Assembly: GCA_965223325.1 (NCBI GenBank) | Contig: CBDCWI010000002.1 | Coordinates: 4,256,001-4,320,000 of the forward strand | Source of the DNA: Candidatus Multivoradales bacterium | GTDB taxonomy: Bacteria; Acidobacteriota; Thermoanaerobaculia; Multivoradales; Multivoraceae | Length of the DNA: 64,000 nt | Direction: 5' to 3' | Part shown: positions 39,378-48,064 of the stretch, one piece after another | How the letters are laid out: each line of letters opens with the position of its first letter | Numbering within the stretch: the stretch's first letter is position 1 | Program-made: the position numbers and the translations under genes | The notes under the pieces: model-generated | The model's database searches: none | What the model saw: the letters and a program-made list of their open reading frames with translations, nothing else | Told to the model about the DNA's origin: nothing

Positions 39378-41092
39378 GGTTTCGCCTCTTTCTTGCGGCG
39401 CACCTGATGAATGCGGTCGACCTTGACGTTCTCTTCGACGTCAAAGGAACCATCGGCCCAAAGCACTTCGAGTCGGTCGACTTTCGAAGCTCCCCCGAGC
39501 CCAAAGTGCTGACGTAGGTCACTCTGCGAGAGATACGAGGTGCCGCTTCGGACGATCCGGCGCTGCGCTTGGCCGTCCGCCTCGACGGTGATCACGGCTC
39601 CCAGGACCTCGGCACCGGTTGCGCCCACCAAATCAACCAGCAGCCAATGACCAGCGTCGGGGGTCTGGTTGTGCAGAATCTGCGGCGAACCGTCAAGATC
39701 GTTGATGACCACATCAAGGCGCCCATCGTTGTCTAGATCACCGACCGCGAGACCGCGGCTCACTCTCTCCTGGGTGAAAGGCTCGCCGAGTTGCTCAGCG
39801 ATCTCGGTGAACGTGCCGTCCTTTTGATTGCGATAGAAGAGCTTGCGTTGACGATAGCCGGCCGATGCTCCGAGTCGTGTCGCCTTCATCTGCGGGTAGA
39901 CGTGGCCGTTCGCAACCACCAGATCTAGCCATCCGTCGTTGTCAGGATCGAAGAACGCGGTCCCCCAACCTACGAAGGGCAGGCTCGAAGGGGCGGTCTT
40001 GGTCGCAAACGATGAGTCGACGAAGAAGTCTCTGTCGGACCCATAGAAGACGTTGTACTCCTCTGAGAAGTTGGTCACGAAGAGGTTCGTCGAGCCGTTG
40101 TTGCGGACGTCACCGAGTGCTATACCCATCGATCCCTGCTCGGCGCCGTCGCCGCTGACGGCGATGCCCAGGGGGAAGCCCTCTTCCAGAAACGTGCCGT
40201 TCTTCTGATTGCGGTAGAAGAGATTCGGGCCGGAGTCGTTGGCAACGAATAGATCCAGCCACCCGTCACCATCTACATCGAACCAGCTCACACCGAGTCC
40301 GAAGTACTCCTCAGGATCAGCAACCCCCGCCTTGGCGGCAACCTCCTCGAAGCCCCCCGACCCATCATTTCGAAACAGGAGGTCGCCGGAGCCAGGCAAC
40401 CCTCGCGGCCCGCACTGGACTTCAATGCCTCGGTACATGCAGAAGCGTCCCTTGCCAAACTCGGGGAGATTGTCGAGCGAGACTTCGACGTAGCGACTCA
40501 CGAAGAGATCAACGTCACCATCGCGGTCGTAGTCCGCAAATCCACAACCGGCCGACCAACCATCGGCCAGGATTCCGGCTCGCTCGGTGTTGTCCTCAAA
40601 GGTGCCGTCGCCCTGGTTACGGTAGAGCCGGTCAGGGCCAACCGTTGTCACGTAGAGGTCAACGTGGCCGTCTCCGTCGTAGTCACCGACGCAGGCGCCC
40701 ATTCCCCAACCCGGGAAAGCGACTCCTGCATCACGAGCGACATCCTCAAAACGCATTCCCCCGAGGTTCTTGTAAAGCGCACTGGGGGCGCTTTGTGAAT
40801 CCGACGCCGTCGCGACCGTGAGCGCATTCACGAAGTAGATGTCGAGGAGACCATCGTCGTCGTAGTCGAAGAGCGCGACACCGCCCGCCATCGATTCCAG
40901 GATGTATTTCTTCTCGGGCGCCGAGTTCTGCCGAAAGGTGATCCCTGACTCGGCCAGGACATCGTCGAAGACCAACAGGGCTTCCTCGCCCTTGGTTGTC
41001 GACTGGGCCGGCGAACCTTTGGCTGAAGACGACGGCGCGACTGAAGCAAGCAACACGCAAGCGCCGAAGATCGTGAGCGAGTAGGCCTTCAT
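39374..41092 (-). CDS. CRTAC1-family protein (FG-GAP beta-propeller + ASPIC/UnbV)
   Basis: Repeated DYDxDGxxD motifs, ESMAGGVALFDYD, C-x7-CGP, SRGLAVGDLDNDG, SYLSQSD..HFGLG; signal peptide. Confidence 0.92.
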   Translation of the reverse strand: MKAYSLTIFGACVLLASVAPSSSAKGSPAQSTTKGEEALLVFDDVLAESGITFRQNSAPEKKYILESMAGGVALFDYDDDGLLDIYFVNALTVATASDSQSAPSALYKNLGGMRFEDVARDAGVAFPGWGMGACVGDYDGDGHVDLYVTTVGPDRLYRNQGDGTFEDNTERAGILADGWSAGCGFADYDRDGDVDLFVSRYVEVSLDNLPEFGKGRFCMYRGIEVQCGPRGLPGSGDLLFRNDGSGGFEEVAAKAGVADPEEYFGLGVSWFDVDGDGWLDLFVANDSGPNLFYRNQKNGTFLEEGFPLGIAVSGDGAEQGSMGIALGDVRNNGSTNLFVTNFSEEYNVFYGSDRDFFVDSSFATKTAPSSLPFVGWGTAFFDPDNDGWLDLVVANGHVYPQMKATRLGASAGYRQRKLFYRNQKDGTFTEIAEQLGEPFTQERVSRGLAVGDLDNDGRLDVVINDLDGSPQILHNQTPDAGHWLLVDLVGATGAEVLGAVITVEADGQAQRRIVRSGTSYLSQSDLRQHFGLGGASKVDRLEVLWADGSFDVEENVKVDRIHQVRRKKEAKP

Positions 41093-41125
41093 CGGTTGAA
41101 CTTCCCTCGGCATCCCATCGCAGAC

Positions 41126-42094
41126 CTAACGTTCATCCTCCCCGGCGGACAGCGTCGGACGGTAGGTGCGCAGGGAGATGAGGTGCTCTTCTTCGGCTGC
41201 GAGCGCCGACCGGTAGAGCTCTAAGTGATGGTTCGAACGGTCGTGCTCTCTCAGACGAGTGTATGCCAGGCTCAGCTGGTAGTGCGCCCTGGCCAGCGCG
41301 GGGTCTCCTTCAACCGCACGCAGGAGCGCATCACGGGCCTCTTCGTATCGGCCTTCGCTCATCCGGATCTTGCCGATGATGTAGAGAGCCAGCGCAGAGT
41401 CCGGGTTCGACTGAAGACCCCGCTCTGCACTTGCTTCTGCCGGACCGTACTCACCGAGGCCCTCCTGAACCTCTGCCAGAGCGACCAGAGTCGGCAGGTC
41501 GCCTGGCATCCGCTGCGAGGCAAGCTGCAGCACTCGTTGGGCCTCGGCGAGCTCCTTGCCATCTCGCAGTGCCATTCCCAGGGCGAGCAGGGAGCGACCG
41601 TCACCGGGTCGGAGTTCGAGTGCGCGGCGCAGCGACGCGATGCCGCTACTCGTCTCAGCGATCTGTAGCTTGGCCACGCCGAGAAGATAGGCGGCGTCTG
41701 CATCGTGGGGGCGCATGCGCACCAGAGCTTCAAGGGTCAAGACGGCAGGAGCTGGCGCCCGTAGGGCGAGGAGAACCCGCGCCCTGGCGCTGAGTAGGCG
41801 AGTCGCATTCGGCGCTTTTTCGATGGCCAGGTCGAGCTCGTGTAACGACGCCTGGTTGTCTCCGGCGCGCGCGAGTCCACGTGCCAACTCAAAGCGAGCA
41901 CTCACCGAGTCACTTCGGCTCACCGCCAACCGAAGGCGTTCCAACTCCTCTTGAGCACTGGGTTCTTGCGGCGAGGAGGTCAGCGCACCGAGGCCGGTGA
42001 TCGAGAAGGTGAGGATGAAAAGCGTGGCCATCCCCAGAAGCAGAGTGCAATGGGACAAGCGACGAGCCCGTTGTGAGGGTCGGGAGCCGATCAT
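41126..42094 (-). CDS. Exported TPR protein
   Basis: N-terminal hydrophobic segment, several TPRs (AYLLG..ALELRP, AHYQLSLAY). Confidence 0.85.
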   Translation of the reverse strand: MIGSRPSQRARRLSHCTLLLGMATLFILTFSITGLGALTSSPQEPSAQEELERLRLAVSRSDSVSARFELARGLARAGDNQASLHELDLAIEKAPNATRLLSARARVLLALRAPAPAVLTLEALVRMRPHDADAAYLLGVAKLQIAETSSGIASLRRALELRPGDGRSLLALGMALRDGKELAEAQRVLQLASQRMPGDLPTLVALAEVQEGLGEYGPAEASAERGLQSNPDSALALYIIGKIRMSEGRYEEARDALLRAVEGDPALARAHYQLSLAYTRLREHDRSNHHLELYRSALAAEEEHLISLRTYRPTLSAGEDER

Positions 42095-44382
42095 CTTCCT
42101 TCGTCCGAGGATCGAGCCTCGTCCTTGAGGCGCCGATATTCATCAAAGGCCAATCGGGCCGCGTCACGACGCCCGAGGCGCTGGTAGAGCTGTCCCAGGT
42201 GATAGTGGGATTCGGCGTCTGTGGGTGCCAGGCCGATTGCCGCTTCGAGTTGTTCGCGTGCCAGCTCGAGTTCTCCACTCGTCAACATGATCCGACCGAG
42301 CAGCGCTCGGGCTCGCGCCGACTCGGGATCGCGCGCCAAGAGGGATTGGAGTATCTCCACGGCCTGCTCGGGCTGTTGACTCAAGTCGAGAACGGTCGCC
42401 AGGGTAAAGGTTGCGCGGTTATCGCCGGGATGATGAGCCAGTTCTCTCCGCAGTTGCGCCTCTGCCTCAGGAAGTTCTCCACGCCGAAGATGAATCTCAG
42501 CAACGGTCGCGTGCGCTTCCGCCACCCGAGGATCGAGGGCCAGCGCACGCTCTAGCGATCCAAGGGCACCGGCAAAGTCTCCCTGTGCCGCGAGCGCTTG
42601 ACCGAGAACGACGTGGAGTTCGGGCCAATCCGAGTGCTCACGCAAGAGCTCGAGAAAGACGCCCGAGGCGTCAGAGGCTCGACCCGCGCGATTGAGCGCT
42701 AGACCAAAGGCATACTGCAACTGTGGGTCGGCGGCTCGACCGGGAAGCCCCTCGAGCAAGCGCGCTGCCCGATCAGGGCTTCCGCTGTTGAGATAGGCCA
42801 AGGCCAGCATGCGCTCTAGCGACGGATCGTCCTCATCCGCAGCCTCCTCGAGAGCACGCGATAGCGGAATCGTCGCCTCCTCGTATCGACCATCACTGAA
42901 GAGCGCGACTCCGAGGGCATAGTGAATCCCTTCCAGGTCGGGGGCGAGATCAGAAGCTGTCGAGAGAAGCTCCGCACCACCTCGATGGTCTCTGTACGAG
43001 CGTACGTACAAAACGCCGAGGTTACGGTACGTCCTGGCCAGCTCACGAACGGTTGCATTTCGCAGCGCCAGCAACTCTCGACGTGCCTGGGGTGTGAGTT
43101 CCGACGAAGGCCTCGCTGTGACGACTGTTTCTGGCGATCGTTCTTGAAGATAGGTCGCCAAGGTTTCACGGGCCCCCTCGGCTGACCGAGCTTGATAACG
43201 CTTCGCATCATCGAAGTGCCGTCTTGCCGCGTCGCCCTGTCCCAAAGCGCGTAGAGCCTGGCCAAGCTGATAGTGCAGATTGGAGAACAGGCGAGCTACC
43301 GGTTCCGAGAGGTCATTGCCCTCCAGGTCCTTGATCTGGGCAAGCGCCAGGAGTGAAGCTTCAACCGCTTCTTCGAAACGACCCACCTCATAGAGACTTC
43401 GGCCGAGGTAGCGCAAGGCTTCTGGGCGCACTGACTCGAGTTCGGCCGCGTGTTCCAGGTGGCTCAACGATGCGGCAAACTCGCGCTTCTCGGCCAGGGC
43501 CATGCCCAGATAGAGGTGGCTTGTGTGGTCGTCAGGATAGTTCTCGAGCTCCGCTCGGAACGCCGCGGCAGCGAGCTCGAGAGCCCCCGACCCTTCCTCG
43601 AGCAGCGCTACGGTTCCCAAGTAGTAGTGGGCTCGCCGGGCCGTGGGCTCGATCTCCAGTGCTTTGGCCAATGCCTCGCGCGCTTCGCCGTAGCGCTCTC
43701 CGTCGCGGAGTGCTCGGCCGACCAGCACGAAGGTCGATGGCGACGGCAGAGTGCTCACCAGCTGGTCGAGAACCTTACCTGCGTCCTCGATACGGTCCGC
43801 TTTGAGGTAAGCGGTCGCCAGAAGGAAGGAGTGCTCAGGATCTCCGCTGCTCGCAGCGACCAGCTGCTCGAGCTCCTGGACGGCGTCCTGAAGGCGACCG
43901 GCCTCACCGAGAGCAAGTGCGAACAGACGCCGGACCTCGAAGTCGGCGGGATCTGCCGACAGGAGAGAACGCCACACAACCTCGGCCTCATCAACGAGAC
44001 CGAGGTCTCCTAGAGTCCGCGCGAGTTCGATCTTCGCTTCTCGCACTTCCAGGGTGGTGTGTGTCGCCGCTTCGAAAGCGGCTCTGGCGGCGCTCTGGTC
44101 TTCCGCTGCGCGCTCGATGCGTCCCAGCAACAACCATCCCAGGGAGAGTGCCGAGCGGTATCGACTTTCGGCAAGGTCCATCTCTCCGGCGCGCAGCGCG
44201 TCTTCCGCCTCTTCGACTGCACGCTCTAACAGCTGCGCGCTGTGCCGTGGTCCCACTGCTCGCTCGGTCTGGAGCCGGGCCTCGAGAGGAGCCGCCACGG
44301 CCAGGGTCATGGCGACCAACAGACAAACCGTTGCGGTGTCTCCGGAGACTCGCAGCATTGTGGCGTAACTAGAGCGGAACAT
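42091..44382 (-). CDS. Large exported TPR protein
   Basis: Signal peptide, many TPRs (AHYYLG, ALALDPRVAEAH, SHYHLGQLY); ATGA overlap with the next TPR gene. Confidence 0.87.
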   Translation of the reverse strand: MFRSSYATMLRVSGDTATVCLLVAMTLAVAAPLEARLQTERAVGPRHSAQLLERAVEEAEDALRAGEMDLAESRYRSALSLGWLLLGRIERAAEDQSAARAAFEAATHTTLEVREAKIELARTLGDLGLVDEAEVVWRSLLSADPADFEVRRLFALALGEAGRLQDAVQELEQLVAASSGDPEHSFLLATAYLKADRIEDAGKVLDQLVSTLPSPSTFVLVGRALRDGERYGEAREALAKALEIEPTARRAHYYLGTVALLEEGSGALELAAAAFRAELENYPDDHTSHLYLGMALAEKREFAASLSHLEHAAELESVRPEALRYLGRSLYEVGRFEEAVEASLLALAQIKDLEGNDLSEPVARLFSNLHYQLGQALRALGQGDAARRHFDDAKRYQARSAEGARETLATYLQERSPETVVTARPSSELTPQARRELLALRNATVRELARTYRNLGVLYVRSYRDHRGGAELLSTASDLAPDLEGIHYALGVALFSDGRYEEATIPLSRALEEAADEDDPSLERMLALAYLNSGSPDRAARLLEGLPGRAADPQLQYAFGLALNRAGRASDASGVFLELLREHSDWPELHVVLGQALAAQGDFAGALGSLERALALDPRVAEAHATVAEIHLRRGELPEAEAQLRRELAHHPGDNRATFTLATVLDLSQQPEQAVEILQSLLARDPESARARALLGRIMLTSGELELAREQLEAAIGLAPTDAESHYHLGQLYQRLGRRDAARLAFDEYRRLKDEARSSDEGR

Positions 44383-44433
44383 ACGGCATGGTCACAAGCG
44401 GCTTGTCGCTGACGTGGCAGATTCTCTCTGATC

Positions 44434-44474
44434 TTGACAAAAGTAGAGGTTCAGGCCTAGGGTGAAACGATTAA
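44434..44474 (+). promoter_or_regulatory. Sigma70-type promoter with overlapping LacI-family operator upstream of the TBDR
   Basis: TTGACA (44434-44439)-N18-TAGGGT (44458-44463), followed by TGAAACGATTAA (44463-44474). Confidence 0.7.
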
Positions 44475-44498
44475 CTTAGAACTTTGGGAGGAGAGTCG

Positions 44499-47400
44499 AT
44501 GCGACCGAAGGTGTGTCTGATCGCACTTTTGCTGATTTGCCTCGTGGTGCCCTTGGCGGCACAGCAAACGGCCAGTATCCGCGGAAACATCACCGATTCA
44601 ACTGGAGCGCCCGTTCAAGGCGTCCAGGTTGAAGTTCTGGGCGAAGAGACCGGTCTCGCACGTGAGACGGTCACAAATGCTCAGGGCTTCTACTCGGTAG
44701 CCAGCCTACCGGTTGGCCGCTATGTCGTGTCGGCGGGGAAGGAGGGCTTCAGTACAGCTGTGATCTCTGAGATCGGCCTGAGCGTCGCCGAAGTCAGGGT
44801 GGTCGATGTGACACTCGCCGTCGGTCAGCTAACCGATGAGATCACCACGACTGCTGAGGTCGCACTGATCGAGACGGTTGGTGGCGAGGTCGCGGGTCTG
44901 ATCACCGGCGAGCAGATCCGCGAGCTGCCGCTCAACGGTCGTAACTTCCTCCAACTCACCCTCCTCATGCCGGGCGTTTCTGCGCCCGACAGCTTCAACA
45001 CGAAGAACAAGGGTCTACTGACGGGGTCAGACCTCTCGGTCAGTGGTGGTATGACGACCGGCAATCTGTGGACGGTGGACGGCGCCAACAACAACGACGT
45101 CGGCTCCAACCGCACCATCCTCGTCTACCCATCACTCGAAGCGATCGAGGAATTCAAGATTCACCGCAACTCCTACGGCGCTGAGTACGGTGGGGGTGGC
45201 GGTGCTCAGGTCAACCTCGTCACCCGTGGTGGCACGAATGACCTCAAGGGCAGCGTGTTCTATTTCCGGCGTGATGACTCGTGGAACGAGACCAACGCGA
45301 TTCTCGAAGAGGCAAACCAGCCCAAGGCTCCACTCGAGCGTGATGACTATGGCTACACCTTCGGCGGCCCGATCATGCGCGACAAGCTTCACTTCTTCGT
45401 GTCGCAAGAGTGGAACGATGAGATCCGTGGCGTAGCACGGAGTGCTCAGGTTCCTACCGCCCTCGAGAAGCAGGGTAACTTCAGCCAGTCTGATCCGGGC
45501 TGTCCCGGCGTTCCGGTCGACCCAACGACTGGTCAGCCGTTTCCGGGGAACATCATCCCGCCCGACCGCATCTCCGAGGTCGGCCAGAACTTCGTCAACA
45601 TCTGGCCAGACGCAAACACCTCGATCCCCGGAACCTGCACCAACTGGGTCGCGGCGATCGCCACCCCAATCGACTGGGAACAGATCAATGCTCGCGTTGA
45701 CTGGAGCTTCACGCAGAAACACCGCGCCCTGCTCCGCTACACCGAGGATGATTGGACCAATCCCGGGCCAACTGCCGGCGACGCCAACGGACTCTGGGGC
45801 GATGACCCCTTCCCGTCGGTTGACTCGAACTGGCAGCAGCCAAGTGACTCGTTGGTCGCTCAGATCAACTCGGTGATCGGTTCGACGGCGATCAACACGC
45901 TGACGTTCTCCCAGTCGGGGAACGAGATCAACATCGTCCAGGGTGGCCAGGATCCAGCGCTGACCAGTGCTCTGAATAATGGTTACCAGGGCTTCTTTCC
46001 CACCTCAGGCAAGACCAACGATGCGGCGCACCCGGTGTTCTGGGGTGGTGGCGGCATGGACAGCGTCTGGGTCCAGTCGCCCTGGAACAACGCTCAGGAT
46101 ATCGACCTCTATAAGGACGACTACGAGCAGGTCTTCGGCGACCACGTCCTGAAGGCCGGCGTTCTCTACAGTGAGAATCGCAAGGCTGAACCGTTGCTTG
46201 GTCCGAGCGACGAGGCCGGCCGCCTCTGGGGTGCCTTCCCAGGTTCGGCGACCGGCTACGCCGGGAATCCTTGGGGTGGCAACAGCGGCAACACGGTGGC
46301 CGACTTCCTACTCGACGGAATGTTTTTTGGCTTCAGTGAAGTGTCCCGCACCGTCCCTGGCGACATCCAGTGGGAAGACTTCGAACTCTATGTTTCGGAC
46401 AGTTGGAGTATTCGTAACAACCTCACGCTCGACTACGGCGTTCGCTACTCGCTCTTCAAGGAGCCGTACAACGCCAACCCCAACGAGTACCTGAGCTTCA
46501 ACCCGGATCGCTTCGACCCCGCGCTGGGTGGAGCGCCGTGCAACGGGCTGATGCAAGTGCCGGGTACGAGCCCTTGTGCCGACGCCGGATTCGCGGGTGG
46601 GTCGTTTGGTCCGAACAAGACACTCATCAACGAGGACGACGACAACTTCGCACCGCGACTCGGCCTCGCCTGGGACATCACAGGCAAGGGCGCGAATGTA
46701 CTTCGCGCCGGCTTCGGCCAGTTCTTCCAGCGTGACCGGGTGAGCCCCTTCCTCGCGCTCCCTGGAAACCCGCCGCTGGTTCAGACCGCGTTCGGTCTGC
46801 GAACACTCGACGGCCAGTTCGACAGCATTGGCACCAGCGCCGGCTCACCTCAGGCGGGTTGGGATGTCAATCGCGAAACGCCTTACATGATGCAGTTCAA
46901 CGTTGCCTGGGAGCGTGCCCTGGGCGCCAACTCTTCGATTGAGGTTGCGTACGTAGGGAACCGTGGCAAGCACCTGCTGCAGTCGAACCAGATCAACTAC
47001 GTCCCCGAGGGAGATGCCAACGGAAACGGAATCTCGGATCGCCTGGAGTATGTGCAATGCCCGAACGGCGACACAGGCTGTCAGTCGCAGTTCCAGCGGT
47101 TCGGCGTGTTTGGCGCGGGCAACATTCTGTACTGGACGACCGGCGGTATCTCTGAATACGACTCGTTGCAGTCGCAGTTCATCACCCGCTTCGGGCGTGG
47201 ATCGCAGTTCCAGGCGTCCTATACCTGGTCGGACTTCAACAGCCAGGGTGACGTTGCCGGGTCGTCGGGGAGCTTCAATGCGACCGAGACCGTCACCGAC
47301 CCGGACAACCCGGGTCTTGATTGGGGTCCAGCCGAGACGCACCGCGAGCACATTTTGAACGCCAGTGTGATTTACAACCTGCCTACCTTAGAGGGTGTCG

Positions 47401-47936
47401 GTGGCTTCAAGGAATGGGTGCTCGGGAACTGGTCGATAGCCGGTATCGTGAATTACAGCTCCGGCACGCCGATCACCGTCTTCACTGGGTCTTTCAGTGA
47501 GATCGGTGTTGCGGGCGGCGGCACAGGGTACAACGATGCGCAGCGGCCGATTCGGGTTCCCAATGCGTCGTGCAGCGGGGGTGGGCGTCAGGTCCTCAAC
47601 CCGGCGGCGTTTACCCTTGATGGATACCGTCTCGGCGACACCTCTCAGCAGGTTGGCCGCGGTGTTTGTGAAGGGCCGGACTTCTTCCAGGTCGACCTGT
47701 CGTTCTATAAGAGCATTCCCATCAAGAATGCGGCGAACGTGCAGTTGCGTTTCGAGATTTTCAATATCTTCGACGAAACCAACTGGTTCGACGTGGACAA
47801 CAACTGGGACGGCCCGACGACCTTCGATGCTGGTGTCACCACGGTGACGAGCTCCTCGGCGCAGCCCAACTTTGGTCTCGCCCGCCGAGCTCGTGATCCC
47901 CGCGAAGTGCAGGTCGGGGTCAAGGTCAGCTTCTGA
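44499..47936 (+). CDS. TonB-dependent receptor, Oar-like, with N-terminal carboxypeptidase-regulatory-like domain
   Basis: IRGNITDSTGA, ELPLNGRNFLQL..LMPGV, EAIEEFKI, TRGGTN, NFAPRLGLAWD, PREVQVGVKVSF terminal Phe; GGAGGAG SD. Confidence 0.93.
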   Translation: MRPKVCLIALLLICLVVPLAAQQTASIRGNITDSTGAPVQGVQVEVLGEETGLARETVTNAQGFYSVASLPVGRYVVSAGKEGFSTAVISEIGLSVAEVRVVDVTLAVGQLTDEITTTAEVALIETVGGEVAGLITGEQIRELPLNGRNFLQLTLLMPGVSAPDSFNTKNKGLLTGSDLSVSGGMTTGNLWTVDGANNNDVGSNRTILVYPSLEAIEEFKIHRNSYGAEYGGGGGAQVNLVTRGGTNDLKGSVFYFRRDDSWNETNAILEEANQPKAPLERDDYGYTFGGPIMRDKLHFFVSQEWNDEIRGVARSAQVPTALEKQGNFSQSDPGCPGVPVDPTTGQPFPGNIIPPDRISEVGQNFVNIWPDANTSIPGTCTNWVAAIATPIDWEQINARVDWSFTQKHRALLRYTEDDWTNPGPTAGDANGLWGDDPFPSVDSNWQQPSDSLVAQINSVIGSTAINTLTFSQSGNEINIVQGGQDPALTSALNNGYQGFFPTSGKTNDAAHPVFWGGGGMDSVWVQSPWNNAQDIDLYKDDYEQVFGDHVLKAGVLYSENRKAEPLLGPSDEAGRLWGAFPGSATGYAGNPWGGNSGNTVADFLLDGMFFGFSEVSRTVPGDIQWEDFELYVSDSWSIRNNLTLDYGVRYSLFKEPYNANPNEYLSFNPDRFDPALGGAPCNGLMQVPGTSPCADAGFAGGSFGPNKTLINEDDDNFAPRLGLAWDITGKGANVLRAGFGQFFQRDRVSPFLALPGNPPLVQTAFGLRTLDGQFDSIGTSAGSPQAGWDVNRETPYMMQFNVAWERALGANSSIEVAYVGNRGKHLLQSNQINYVPEGDANGNGISDRLEYVQCPNGDTGCQSQFQRFGVFGAGNILYWTTGGISEYDSLQSQFITRFGRGSQFQASYTWSDFNSQGDVAGSSGSFNATETVTDPDNPGLDWGPAETHREHILNASVIYNLPTLEGVGGFKEWVLGNWSIAGIVNYSSGTPITVFTGSFSEIGVAGGGTGYNDAQRPIRVPNASCSGGGRQVLNPAAFTLDGYRLGDTSQQVGRGVCEGPDFFQVDLSFYKSIPIKNAANVQLRFEIFNIFDETNWFDVDNNWDGPTTFDAGVTTVTSSSAQPNFGLARRARDPREVQVGVKVSF

Positions 47937-47971
47937 TCGCCCCTCCCCACGTTGAACGGGGGAACCGAACT

Positions 47972-48002
47972 GGGCTGCGGTCTCGGAAGGGGCCGCAGCC
48001 CT
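47972..48002 (+). terminator. Stem-loop after the TBDR gene (terminator or mRNA stabiliser)
   Basis: GGGCTGCGGTCTC-GGAA-GGGGCCGCAGCCC, 13-bp stem with a GNRA loop and a weak U tail. Confidence 0.65.
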
Positions 48003-48064
48003 TGTCGTCCGTGCCCCCGCTGGCGGAGCGGGCCCGTGGCACTCTGGATGATAGGAGATCCCTG

